In this document: in pieces, positions 20,031-29,373 of the stretch | How the letters are laid out: each line of letters begins with the position of its first letter | How positions within the stretch are numbered: position 1 is the first letter of the stretch | Source of the DNA: an uncultured Gemmatimonadaceae bacterium | Lineage (GTDB): Bacteria; Gemmatimonadota; Gemmatimonadetes; Gemmatimonadales; Gemmatimonadaceae | Assembly: GCA_963817955.1 (NCBI GenBank) | Contig: CAWFQK010000002.1 | Span: forward strand, 928,001 to 992,000 | Direction: 5' to 3' | DNA length: 64,000 nt | Made by a program: the position numbers and the translations under genes | The notes under the pieces: model-generated | Told to the model about the DNA's origin: nothing | The model's input: only the letters and a program-made list of their open reading frames with translations | Database searches by the model: none

Positions 20031-21089
20031 ATGATGGTATTCATGCAACACATTCCCGCCAGGCTCAGCTTGGCAGCGCTTGCGTTGCTTGCCGCGTGCG
20101 ACGTTCCGACCGGCCTGCCGATTTATGATACGGTCTGGAACGTTCCCGGCAAGAACACGAGCATCTCAGTGAACAGTTTCCTGCCGAGCGGCGTCACCGT
20201 CGCAGCGAACAACACGGCCTTCCAGGTCACCGCGTCGCCAGCCACGAGCACCATTACCCGCCAGCTCGGCCAGGACTGCGCGGCGTGCACGGTGGCCAAC
20301 GGCCAGACGACTCCGAAGCCGGCGTTCAGTGGTGGTGGCACGGCAAGCGTAACGTTGCCGAGCAACGTCGCAAGTGCGGTGCTCGTGAATGACACACTGA
20401 CGGTTACGATCACCAACAGCTTCAACTTCGATCCCATCAAGCCCAGCGCCGGGGCGCGCGGCTACTTCACGATCAGCGTCAAGAGTGGGGCGACGACGAT
20501 CGGACGCGATTCCCTCGATGGGGCGACGTCCTCGATGCCGGCGGGTGGCATTGTCACGCGCAAGATCGCGCTGAGCGGCATAGTAAGCGGAACAAGCGGT
20601 TTGCAGATTGCGACGAACCTCAATTCGCCACTCGGTGATCCCGTGGTGATCGACGTCTCGCGCGCGATCAGCGTGTCTGGCAGCACGGGCGTGCTGCTCA
20701 TCGCGAGCGCGCAAGTGAATCTGTCGGGTCAAAGCGTTGTCTCGTCTGGCACGGATCTCGACCTGAGCAGCATCGGCGAGTCGGTGTCGAAACATGCCGA
20801 CGGTGGCTCACTGCTGTTGACCGTCGTGAACCCGTTCACCGCCACCGGGAACCTCTCCGTGACCTTCACCGGCGGCCCCTCGCCGATCGTGAAGTCCGTC
20901 GCGCTCGGAGCCGGCACGACCACGCCGTCTATCACCTTCACCCAGACGGAGCTGGGTGGGCTGTTCGGTCATGACCTCGCCGTCTCGTTCAATGGAACGG
21001 TGGCCGGCAGCGGCGTCACCGTGCAACCTGGTCAGGTGGTTTCCGTGTCCTCACGCTTGCAGGTCAACATCAGCACGAAGAGCGAATGA
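20031..21089 (+). CDS. Ser/Thr-rich beta-strand lipoprotein, function unknown (start may be 20043)
   Basis: Signal peptide with LAAC lipobox; alternating beta-strand pattern; one CxxC (CAAC). Confidence 0.8.
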   Translation: MMVFMQHIPARLSLAALALLAACDVPTGLPIYDTVWNVPGKNTSISVNSFLPSGVTVAANNTAFQVTASPATSTITRQLGQDCAACTVANGQTTPKPAFSGGGTASVTLPSNVASAVLVNDTLTVTITNSFNFDPIKPSAGARGYFTISVKSGATTIGRDSLDGATSSMPAGGIVTRKIALSGIVSGTSGLQIATNLNSPLGDPVVIDVSRAISVSGSTGVLLIASAQVNLSGQSVVSSGTDLDLSSIGESVSKHADGGSLLLTVVNPFTATGNLSVTFTGGPSPIVKSVALGAGTTTPSITFTQTELGGLFGHDLAVSFNGTVAGSGVTVQPGQVVSVSSRLQVNISTKSE

Positions 21090-22372
21090 TCATGCGCACA
21101 CATTCTGTTATCCGCGCGCTTGGCGCGCGTGCCGCGTTCGCGCTCCTCGTGGTCTCCGGCATTGCCGCGGCCCAACAGCCGAACGCCAGTCCAGCCGCGA
21201 CGGGCCTCAGCGGCGCGTACACGGCGCTCGCTCGCGGCTACGATGCGGTGGCGTGGAACCCGGCAAATCTCGGCATGCCGGGCAATCCCGGTTTCTCGAT
21301 CAGCATCGCCGCGCTGACTGGCTCGTCGGGCCTCGACCCCATTTCGCTGAGCGATTTTGCGCCGTATTCCGGCAAGGTGCTCCCGAACGCGCAGCGTGAG
21401 CAGTGGCTGCAGACGGTTACGACGGCCGGTGGTGAGACCGGCCGCTTCTCCGGTGGCCTCACGGGCCTCGCGCTGAGCGCAGGACCGATCGCATTGCAGG
21501 TCAGCACGTCGGTGACCGGTTCATCGACGATGGATGCCGACGGTTTCCAGGCGATCATGTTCGGAAACGCAGGCCGCACTGGCCAACCCCAGACGCTCAA
21601 CCTGCAGGGCTCGAACTTGAACGTCAGCGGGTTCACGACCGCTGCACTGAGCTACGGCCTGTCGCTGGGTGATGCGAAGTCGGGCAACCACTTCGCGCTC
21701 GGCGCTACAGCCAAGTATATCGTAGGCAACTTCATGTTGAAGGCGCAGGATCAGGGCTCCACGGCGACGACTGACGCGTTGACCGTGAATTTCCCGACCA
21801 TCTACTCCCGTCCCGACTCCGCCCTCAATGTCGGTGCCGGTGCCGGACTCGACCTTGGCATGGCGTGGTCGCAAGACAAGTTGAGTTTCGGCGCCACGGT
21901 GCAGAACGTCTTCAACACCTTCGCCTGGGACGCGACCAAATTACGGGCGAAACAGGGTGCGGCGCTGTTCACTAATGGCTCGAACACGAGCAACTTCGAC
22001 GATGTGGCCTACACGTCGATGCCAGCGGCGCTTCGCGCCCAGGTGACAGCCGACAAGTTCAAGCCAGTCGTCGGTGCGGGTATCGCCTATTCGGGCTTGC
22101 CAGCGATGACGGTTTCGGTAGATGCGCGGCAACAACTGGGTGACGGCATCAGTTTCGGTCCAAAGAGCGTGCTTGCCGGCGGAGTGGAGTTCCGCGGCAT
22201 ACCGCTGCTTCGCCTGCGCGGCGGCGCGGCGTACGTCACCGGCGGGTGGGGCGTCTCGGGCGGTGTGGGCCTGGCGCTCGGGGGTTATGAGCTGGGTGTC
22301 GGCGCTGCACTGCGGCAGATCGATGGGGGTAAGGAGCCGGCAGTCACGATCAACGTTCTTTCAATTCGTTAA
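21086..22372 (+). CDS. Putative outer-membrane beta-barrel protein (FadL/TraF_2/DUF5723-like)
   Basis: Sec signal peptide; N-terminal ALARGYDAVAWNPANL plug-like motif; amphipathic strands (GLDLG, SFGATVQN, LRGG). Confidence 0.75.
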   Translation: MIMRTHSVIRALGARAAFALLVVSGIAAAQQPNASPAATGLSGAYTALARGYDAVAWNPANLGMPGNPGFSISIAALTGSSGLDPISLSDFAPYSGKVLPNAQREQWLQTVTTAGGETGRFSGGLTGLALSAGPIALQVSTSVTGSSTMDADGFQAIMFGNAGRTGQPQTLNLQGSNLNVSGFTTAALSYGLSLGDAKSGNHFALGATAKYIVGNFMLKAQDQGSTATTDALTVNFPTIYSRPDSALNVGAGAGLDLGMAWSQDKLSFGATVQNVFNTFAWDATKLRAKQGAALFTNGSNTSNFDDVAYTSMPAALRAQVTADKFKPVVGAGIAYSGLPAMTVSVDARQQLGDGISFGPKSVLAGGVEFRGIPLLRLRGGAAYVTGGWGVSGGVGLALGGYELGVGAALRQIDGGKEPAVTINVLSIR

Positions 22373-22392
22373 TACAACTGCGGTAACTGCGG

Positions 22393-22431
22393 CAAAGGGG
22401 GACAGTCGAGGATTCCGACTGTCCCCCTTTG
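22393..22431. terminator. Intrinsic terminator-like hairpin
   Basis: CAAAGGGGGACAGTCG-loop-CGACTGTCCCCCTTTG. Confidence 0.8.
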
Positions 22432-22468
22432 TCGCGATGGTCTCGAGGGCGGCCTGGCAAATGAGGGG

Positions 22469-22487
22469 CTTCGCTCAGGATGACAGG
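22469..22487 (-). repeat. Single REP-like GTCATCCTGAGCGAAG motif
   Basis: CTTCGCTCAGGATGACAGG between two terminators in a convergent intergenic region. Confidence 0.75.
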
Positions 22488-22496
22488 TATCACGAT

Positions 22497-22534
22497 AATG
22501 AAAGGCTCCCGGCATTCGCCGGGAGCCTTTCATT
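22497..22534. terminator. Intrinsic terminator-like hairpin
   Basis: AATGAAAGGCTCCCGGC-loop-GCCGGGAGCCTTTCATT. Confidence 0.8.
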
Positions 22535-22553
22535 TCTTACTGCCTGCAGGCTA

Positions 22554-22892
22554 CTACGGCTTTGGCTTCGACAGATCGCGGACGTAGTTCGCGACTTCGA
22601 GCATCTGATCTTTGTTGAGCTTGTCCTTGAACGAGACCATGTCGGCGTTCTTTCCCTTCGTGAGGATCTTCACGATGGAGTCTGCCGAATGCTGCGTGAC
22701 AAACGCAGCGTCGAAGCTCACGATCTTCGGGAACTTCTCCTTCATCGTCTTTGGCGGGGTGCCGCGGACGCCGTGGCACTTCCGGCAATTCTCCTCGTAC
22801 AGCGTCTTCGCGTCCGGCGCTTGCGCCAACAGCTTGGAGGCAGGAACGAGTCCCGCCAACATCACGGCTGTAAAGACCACACGTGCGTTCAT
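22554..22892 (-). CDS. Monoheme class I c-type cytochrome
   Basis: Signal peptide, CRKCH heme motif, candidate distal Met (ADMVSF). Confidence 0.9.
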   Translation of the reverse strand: MNARVVFTAVMLAGLVPASKLLAQAPDAKTLYEENCRKCHGVRGTPPKTMKEKFPKIVSFDAAFVTQHSADSIVKILTKGKNADMVSFKDKLNKDQMLEVANYVRDLSKPKP

Positions 22893-24379
22893 TTGTTCTC
22901 CTTGGGCTTGATCGGCTCCGGGAAGGTGTCCCGGTATTCAGGCTGCCGCGTCGCGCCGTTCGGGCCGCGGAGCGTCATAAGATAACGCGACAGCTCTTCG
23001 ATCTCCTGATGCGACAGCGTCGGCGGACCGAATGCCGGCATCTTGGAGTCGGCGTGGAAGCGAGCCGGATCCTCGAGGAAGCTATGCAGCCAGGCTCCCG
23101 AGTGTCTCAGGCCCACTTCCGTCAGTTCCGGCGCGGAGGGCGCGCCTTCCTTCTTCTCTTGCTTCTCACCGGCCAGCATGTGACAACTGCCACACTGCTG
23201 CCGCTTGAACAACGACCGTCCGGCCCGTTCAGTGGACGAGAGGATCTGCCCCGGGGCAGTGGCCGCCGGCGCGTCGCGGTTCGCGGCGCCGAGCAGCAGC
23301 GAAGCGCTGCCGAGTATGCCCACCAGCGCTACCGCAGCGATGGGCCGATGGCGGAGAGACCGTGTGCTCTTGCGATCCATGAACGGCAACACGAGCAACG
23401 CGAGCACCAAGGCGCCCGGGACTCCGACGGCGATCGCCGCTTCCGCCGATCCAGGCACCAGTTTCAGGAGCTGGAAGAACGGAAGGAAATACCACTCCGG
23501 ACGCGGTACGTAGCTCGTGTCCGTGGGATCGGCAGGTGCTTCAAGGCCGGCGCCGACATACTTCGCGAGCAGGAACAACGTGACCACCACGAGGGCGGCT
23601 ACCGCCAGGTCCTTCGTGATGATGTTGGGCCAGAAACGAACACCGGTCTTTTTCGAATTCTTGTTCGTTGTCTCGTAGAACCCGGCATATGCGGGATCGT
23701 CGGTCCGCCCCGGTGCGCCATCCTCGAGTGCCTTGGCGCGCGGCGCGATGCCCTGCCGGATAACGATGGCCAGATGGAGGAACACGACCGAAGCGAGCAT
23801 GGCTGGGAGCAGCAACACGTGGAGCGCGTAGAACCGCGACAGCGTCGCAGCGCCGAGTTGCGCGCCGCCCCGCAGCAGCTTGACCAACATGCCGCCGATC
23901 ACCGGTGTCGTGCCGGCGATGTTGGTACCGACCTGCGTTGCCCAGTAGGCCTTCTGATCCCACGGAAGCAGGTAGCCGGTGAACCCAAAGCCGAGCACGA
24001 GAAACAGCAGCCCGACACCGAGTAGCCAGTTGATCTCGCGTGGGTACTTGTAGGCGCCCATCGAGTACACCCGGATCATGTGCGCCAGGACCAGTACCAC
24101 CATTGCCGAGGCACCCCAGTGATGAAGGCCGCGCAGAAGCGCGCCACTCGTCACGCTGTGCTCGAGATACCGAATGCTGTCGTGCGCATGATCGGGGGAT
24201 GGCGAGTAGTACATCGCCAGGACCACGCCGGTGATGACCTGCACCATGAACACGGTGAGCGTCGCGCTCCCGAGCGTGTGCCACCAGGTAAGTCCACCGG
24301 GCATCTTACGGTCGAGCAGCGCGCGACGCACGCCAACGATGTCGACGCGCTCGTCGAGCCACTCCGAAATTTTCGCCAT
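22889..24379 (-). CDS. Cytochrome b / subunit IV / cytochrome c fusion of a Rieske-cytochrome b complex
   Basis: RGLHHWGASAM, GFTGYLLPWDQKAYWA, FYALHVLLLP, PEWY motif, C-terminal CGSCH and MPAF. Confidence 0.92.
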   Translation of the reverse strand: MAKISEWLDERVDIVGVRRALLDRKMPGGLTWWHTLGSATLTVFMVQVITGVVLAMYYSPSPDHAHDSIRYLEHSVTSGALLRGLHHWGASAMVVLVLAHMIRVYSMGAYKYPREINWLLGVGLLFLVLGFGFTGYLLPWDQKAYWATQVGTNIAGTTPVIGGMLVKLLRGGAQLGAATLSRFYALHVLLLPAMLASVVFLHLAIVIRQGIAPRAKALEDGAPGRTDDPAYAGFYETTNKNSKKTGVRFWPNIITKDLAVAALVVVTLFLLAKYVGAGLEAPADPTDTSYVPRPEWYFLPFFQLLKLVPGSAEAAIAVGVPGALVLALLVLPFMDRKSTRSLRHRPIAAVALVGILGSASLLLGAANRDAPAATAPGQILSSTERAGRSLFKRQQCGSCHMLAGEKQEKKEGAPSAPELTEVGLRHSGAWLHSFLEDPARFHADSKMPAFGPPTLSHQEIEELSRYLMTLRGPNGATRQPEYRDTFPEPIKPKENK

Positions 24380-24383
24380 GGGA

Positions 24384-24953
24384 TTAGGCCTCGACTCGCT
24401 CGGCAACGCCGAGGCGGAAGTCGCGGTACTTCACGAACACTGCACTGTCGCGAACCTGTACGGCGAGTTCATCGAGAGGGCGTGGCGGCGGACCCGAAAG
24501 CACCGCGCCCGTCTTGACGTCGAACTGCCCACGATGGCAAGGACAGGCGAAGGTCTTTGATCCCTTGTCGTACACGTAGCTGCATCCGAGATGGGTGCAG
24601 TGACCGTTGTATGCCTTGAACTTGTCGCCGTCTTCCGTAAACAGCCACACGGAACCGAGAGCGCGGCTTTCGACCCAAGCATCGTTCTGCGTCTGGGCGA
24701 AGTCCATTCGGATGGGCGTGCCGATGTCGAGAAGGGCCGTGTCATCGGCGACCTTGATCCAATTGTCGGCCGCAGGTTTTGCCGCGATCGGCGAAATGAG
24801 AGCCCGCACCGCGGGAATACCGACGGCACCGCCGATGATCGCGGCACAGGCTGCACTGATCCATTGTAGAAAACCGCGGCGTCCGAGGGCGACCGCTTCG
24901 TCGTCGACGACCGGTGCTGTTCGGTCCACCGGCGCCAAGGTTTCGGAGTCCAT
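24384..24953 (-). CDS. Rieske 2Fe-2S subunit of a quinol:cytochrome c oxidoreductase
   Basis: Tat motif GRRGFL, CTHLGC and CPCH boxes, GPPPRPL. Confidence 0.93.
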   Translation of the reverse strand: MDSETLAPVDRTAPVVDDEAVALGRRGFLQWISAACAAIIGGAVGIPAVRALISPIAAKPAADNWIKVADDTALLDIGTPIRMDFAQTQNDAWVESRALGSVWLFTEDGDKFKAYNGHCTHLGCSYVYDKGSKTFACPCHRGQFDVKTGAVLSGPPPRPLDELAVQVRDSAVFVKYRDFRLGVAERVEA

Positions 24954-25135
24954 TATGCGTTATGGAAAGGTTGGGAGGGGCGTACGAGCAATCAGACACG
25001 CCAAGCTCGCGCGTGCGCGCGTCTAAACGACAAGCGCAAAAGCAATACTGGGTCCGTGTGGCGTGTCAGCGATCAACCCCTTACACGTTGCAGGGTTAAG
25101 CGCACTCTGCGTCCAGAGATCCCCGACGGCGCATG

Positions 25136-25190
25136 GGGGATATGCCCCTGTCGTACCGCTAAACGGGCACGTAACGTGGGGCATATCCCC
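25136..25190. promoter_or_regulatory. Pair of inverted quasi-palindromes GGGGATATGCCCC / GGGGCATATCCCC, candidate enhancer-binding-protein sites
   Basis: Exact reverse complements at 25136-25148 and 25178-25190, 42 bp apart, between divergent operons. Confidence 0.6.
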
Positions 25191-25257
25191 CGGTCGATTT
25201 TCTCGCGCGTTTCGTCCAAAGCGTTATACACGTATGGGTTGAAGCACGCGGAGGCCT

Positions 25258-25274
25258 GGGGCGTCCAACTTGCT
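25258..25274 (+). promoter_or_regulatory. Candidate sigma54 (-24/-12) promoter GG-CGTCCAACTT-GCT
   Basis: GG-N10-GC spacing with TTGCT, ~50 bp upstream of the kinase ATG. Confidence 0.4.
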
Positions 25275-25322
25275 CTTCTGTTGCGGCGATACCACACCGG
25301 ATCGCACAAGCGAGGAGCAGGC

Positions 25323-27188
25323 ATGTCACACTGGGACGCGGCCGTTAGCCGCGTGCACAGCTGGCGAGGTCCGATGCAGGGTCGTCTCAATCGACGGCTG
25401 TTGATGTGGTTTCTGATCTTTTCGATCGTCCCGCTAATCGGGACGAACGCGGTCGGCTATCGGCGAACGCACGCGATCATTCGCCAGCTTGTCGCACGTT
25501 CGCTCACATCGATCGCTGAAGTGCAGGCGCAGCATATTCGCGATCGGGTCGATCGTCACCTGTTGCTGTTGCAGTCCGTCGCTGCGGGTAATGACTTCCT
25601 CGTTGCTGGCGCGATGGAGGCGCAGGGATTGCCCAGCGGCGAGATGGGAAAAGTCGCGTCGCGTTCCGCGATGGAGTACCAACTCGAGCGCAAGCGCGAA
25701 GAGTTGCCCGCATTCACGGCGCTGTACGTCTACACGCCAGGGGGACGGGTACTCGCCGCCGCCGGCGCCGCCTCGGCAATCCGGATCCGCGTTCCCGACT
25801 CCGGCCAAGGACCATCGCTGAACGTGGGGTTCAGCCGCGAGGGTGGCGCGTCACAGCCAGAATTCGAGTTGGTCGCGCCCTTGATCGGTCATGGTGGTGC
25901 CGCCGTGGCATACGTGGGTGGAACGATCCGGCTCTCGGCGTTTCGGGATTTTCTCCAGCTTCCCGCGCGGATGCCCGGGCGCGTGCAGGCGTTCCTCGTG
26001 GACTCCATCGGCCGACCGCTGTTCGTCAGCGAAGAGTCCGCGCATATGAACTACGCGGCGCCGCTGCCGCACGCGCTCCTTCGGATGCCCGCCGATTCCG
26101 AATCCGTAGTGCAGTACGATGACAACGGGGTCGCGATGCTGGGCGCTGTCGCGGCAGTGCCCAACCACCCATGGCGGCTCGTGGTGCAGCAGCCGGCGGC
26201 CGAGGCTTTTGGCGAGTTGCGCGCCCTCGGCGGCCTGTCGCTGCTGCTCGAGCTGTTGTTCGGCATTCTGATCGTGGGCATGGCCTGGATCGTTGCCGCG
26301 GACATCGTGGCACCCGTCGGTCGCCTCGTCGACGCCACACGGAAGGTTGGCGCGGGGGATCTCAGCGTGCGCGTATCGGCGACGCAGGATGATGAAATCG
26401 GCGAGCTTGGACGCGCCTTTAACGAGATGACGGCGGACCTCGCCGAGACCACGGAACGAGTATCCGAGCTGCACCAGCGCGAAATCGAGCGCGCTTCGCA
26501 GCTGGCAACGGTCGGCGAGTTGGCGAGCGGGATCGCGCACGAGATCAAGAATCCCGTGGTGGGCGTATCGAACGGGCTCGATCTCGTTCGGCGGCGGGTC
26601 GGCAACGATCCCACGCTGAGTCCAATCACCGAAGAAATGGCCCGGCAGCTGGCACGGATCCAACTGGCCATGCAAGAGCTCCTGACCTTTGCCCGCCCGG
26701 CCACGCCGACACTCGTGCCGGTCAGTGTGCGCCGGCTGGTCGAGCGGGCGATCCGGCTCGTGCAACCTATGGCAGAGCGCGCTGGCGTAACGATCGACAT
26801 CGAAACGGATCGCGGCGTGCCGCGCTTCTTCGCCGACGAAGAAATGTTGCACCAGGCGCTCGTCAATGTCGTGATGAACGCCGTACAGGCCACGGCGTCC
26901 GGCGGCAGCGTCGTCGTGACCGCACGAGCCGCCGACGAACAGATTCACATCAGTGTCGCCGACACCGGGCGCGGAATCGCGCCCGAGAATGTCGAGGCGG
27001 TGTTCAAGCCGTTCTTCACGACACGGCATACAGGCACCGGCCTGGGCCTGTCGATTACTCGGGAAATCGCGCAGCGCCATGGGGGCACGGTCACGCTGAA
27101 GACGCGTGTCAACGTCGGCACCACGGTGACGATGCACCTTCCGGCTGCCAGCGCGCCCGAAGCGGTCGAGGAGGCCGTCGCCGTATGA
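25323..27188 (+). CDS. Membrane sensor histidine kinase (Cache-like periplasmic domain, HAMP, HisKA, HATPase)
   Basis: GAGGAG RBS; two TM helices; DDEIGELGRAFNEM HAMP; AHEIKNP H-box; DTGRG and GTGLGL. Confidence 0.92.
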   Translation: MSHWDAAVSRVHSWRGPMQGRLNRRLLMWFLIFSIVPLIGTNAVGYRRTHAIIRQLVARSLTSIAEVQAQHIRDRVDRHLLLLQSVAAGNDFLVAGAMEAQGLPSGEMGKVASRSAMEYQLERKREELPAFTALYVYTPGGRVLAAAGAASAIRIRVPDSGQGPSLNVGFSREGGASQPEFELVAPLIGHGGAAVAYVGGTIRLSAFRDFLQLPARMPGRVQAFLVDSIGRPLFVSEESAHMNYAAPLPHALLRMPADSESVVQYDDNGVAMLGAVAAVPNHPWRLVVQQPAAEAFGELRALGGLSLLLELLFGILIVGMAWIVAADIVAPVGRLVDATRKVGAGDLSVRVSATQDDEIGELGRAFNEMTADLAETTERVSELHQREIERASQLATVGELASGIAHEIKNPVVGVSNGLDLVRRRVGNDPTLSPITEEMARQLARIQLAMQELLTFARPATPTLVPVSVRRLVERAIRLVQPMAERAGVTIDIETDRGVPRFFADEEMLHQALVNVVMNAVQATASGGSVVVTARAADEQIHISVADTGRGIAPENVEAVFKPFFTTRHTGTGLGLSITREIAQRHGGTVTLKTRVNVGTTVTMHLPAASAPEAVEEAVAV

Positions 27189-28549
27189 AGAAGCCGCGTG
27201 TCATCATCTGCGATGACGAGATGCTCATTCGCTTGTGGCTCAGTGAGCATCTCGCCGACGCCGGGTATCATACCGAGGCCGTGCCCGATGGCGCCGGATT
27301 GCTGGCGGCGATCGCCCGCGAACCGGCTGACGTCGTGGTGCTCGACCTGCGACTCCCTGATCAAACCGGCATGGAGCTGTTGCCGCTGCTCAAGGCGGCC
27401 GATCCCGGTCTGGCCGTGATCATGATGACCGCCTATGGCGAGGTGGAGACGGCCGTCGCGGCCGTTCGCGCCGGGGCGTATCACTTCCTCGAGAAGCCCA
27501 TTGCGCTACCCGAGCTGAAGCTGCTGATCGATCAGGCGCTCGAGTCGCGCCAGCTTCGCAGCGAGCTCGATCGTTATCGCGATGGCTACCGCTGGCAGTT
27601 CGCCGACGTGGCGCTGGTCGGCCGGTCTCCGGCACTGCGGAGAGTGGCGGACATGATCACGCGTGTCGGCGCACGGGGCAGCCCGGTGAACGTGCTGATC
27701 CAGGGGGAGAGCGGCACGGGCAAGGGAATTGTCGCCCGTGCGATTCACGCTCGCGGGCCGCGCCGTGCGCACCCGTTCGTGAGCGTGAACTGTACGTCGC
27801 TGCCCGAGCATCTCATCGAGAGTGAGTTGTTCGGCCACGAAGCGGGCGCCTATACCGATGCGCGCGAAATGAAACGCGGTCTGTTCGAGATTGCCGACAA
27901 GGGAACCGTCTTCCTCGACGAAATCGGCGACATGCCGAGGCCCGCACAAGCAAAACTGCTGCATTTCCTCGAGGGGCACACCTTCCGGCGCGTCGGCGGG
28001 GTTCGGAGCATAGAAGTGGACGTGCACGTGGTGACGGCCACGAATCGCAAGCTCGATGAGGCGGTGGCCAAAGGGGAATTCCGTGAGGATCTGTTCTATC
28101 GGCTGAACGTGATCCCCATTCACATCCCATCGTTGCGTGAGCGACCGGACGACGTGGCGCCCCTCGCGACGTTCTTCATCGACACGCTCTGCCGGGAACT
28201 GCGTCTGCCGGCGCGGGAAATCGCGCCCGATGCCATGCGCGCGCTCGAAGCCTATGCATGGCCCGGGAATGCCCGTGAGCTTCGGAACGTGCTCGAGCGC
28301 GTGTTGCTGCTCGAGGAGACGTCGCTGGTGCGGGCCTCTCACTTGCCGCCGGAAATTTCCGGTGCCCATCGGCCGCTCGATCGCGCATTCGTACTCCCAG
28401 CGACCGGTCTCGATCTCGAGACGCTCGAACGAGAGTTCATTTGCCAGGCGCTCGATCGCTCCAACGGCAACAAGACGGGCGCCGCCAAGCTCCTTGGCCT
28501 CAGCCGCGACACCCTACGCTACCGGTTGGAGAAGTACGGGATTCAGTGA
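27185..28549 (+). CDS. Sigma54-dependent NtrC/AtoC-family response regulator
   Basis: REC domain (DDE, LDLRLPD), GESGTGK, ESELFGHEAGAYTDA, WPGNAREL, Fis-type HTH. Confidence 0.95.
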   Translation: MKKPRVIICDDEMLIRLWLSEHLADAGYHTEAVPDGAGLLAAIAREPADVVVLDLRLPDQTGMELLPLLKAADPGLAVIMMTAYGEVETAVAAVRAGAYHFLEKPIALPELKLLIDQALESRQLRSELDRYRDGYRWQFADVALVGRSPALRRVADMITRVGARGSPVNVLIQGESGTGKGIVARAIHARGPRRAHPFVSVNCTSLPEHLIESELFGHEAGAYTDAREMKRGLFEIADKGTVFLDEIGDMPRPAQAKLLHFLEGHTFRRVGGVRSIEVDVHVVTATNRKLDEAVAKGEFREDLFYRLNVIPIHIPSLRERPDDVAPLATFFIDTLCRELRLPAREIAPDAMRALEAYAWPGNARELRNVLERVLLLEETSLVRASHLPPEISGAHRPLDRAFVLPATGLDLETLEREFICQALDRSNGNKTGAAKLLGLSRDTLRYRLEKYGIQ

Positions 28550-28557
28550 GGCTGGGC

Positions 28558-29370
28558 TTACTCCCCCAGCACTCTTCGCCCAAACAAGAATCTCTCTCTC
28601 AAACGATCGACGTATGCGTCTCTCTCTCTCAAACGATCGACGTATGCGTCTCGCCGATCGTCGAGACGCTCGATCGCGTGTCCTCCGCGGCCGAGCGCGA
28701 GATGCACCATGCGATGCGCGCCGAGTGCAATGCCTACATGCGTGACCCGCTGGTCGGGACGATCGGAGAAGAAGAGGAGATCGGCCGGAACGAGCTCGCC
28801 CACATTCCTGCCTGCGTCGCTGCCCATCTCCGCTTGTTGCCACGCGTCGCGCGGCAGTTGCATGCCGTGCAACGCGAAGACACTCTGAATCAAGCCGGAA
28901 CAGTCGGCACCCCATGGCGTGACACCGCCCCACAAATAGCTCGTGGCGCTGAACAGCTCGCACGCGCTCCGCGTGATCGCGTTCGCCTCCAGCGGAAAGC
29001 GCTCGGCCGCATGACCACTGTCGATCATCTCGCCCGATACGAGGATTTCGTTTGGCGACAGAATGGCGCGCAAGGGGAGTGCTCGCCGGCTGCCCGATGC
29101 CGTCTGCGTGACGCAACCGAGCGAGATATGCCACGGCTCGCCGCTCGGGCGAGGGGTACGCGATGCACGCGCGAGGAACCCGATGTGCATCCAGCCTTCG
29201 TAGCCGTCGTCCCCGCGCGCGCGAACCCAGTCGCCTTCCTCGTCGACCACCTCGATTTCGTGGCCGGCAAGCTGTTGGGAGATCATCTGGCTGGCGATGC
29301 GCGGCTCGCTGTGCATGGGCGCGAGCGGCGTACGCACCGTTGCGGCGTACAGAACCGGAAATTGGTCCAC
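28558..29370 (-). CDS. SH3 + NlpC/P60 (C40) peptidase
   Basis: GDWVRARGDDGYEGW SH3b-like segment; YLWGG, DCSG, PRDAWQQ, DLLFF, HVGI. Confidence 0.9.
   Translation of the reverse strand: MDQFPVLYAATVRTPLAPMHSEPRIASQMISQQLAGHEIEVVDEEGDWVRARGDDGYEGWMHIGFLARASRTPRPSGEPWHISLGCVTQTASGSRRALPLRAILSPNEILVSGEMIDSGHAAERFPLEANAITRSACELFSATSYLWGGVTPWGADCSGLIQSVFALHGMQLPRDAWQQAEMGSDAGRNVGELVPADLLFFSDRPDQRVTHVGIALGAHRMVHLALGRGGHAIERLDDRRDAYVDRLRERDAYVDRLRERFLFGRRVLGE
28591..28650. repeat. Exact 30-bp tandem duplication inside the NlpC/P60 3' end
   Basis: TCTCTCTCTCAAACGATCGACGTATGCGTC twice; encodes DAYVDRLRER twice. Confidence 0.95.
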
Positions 29371-29373
29371 GCG

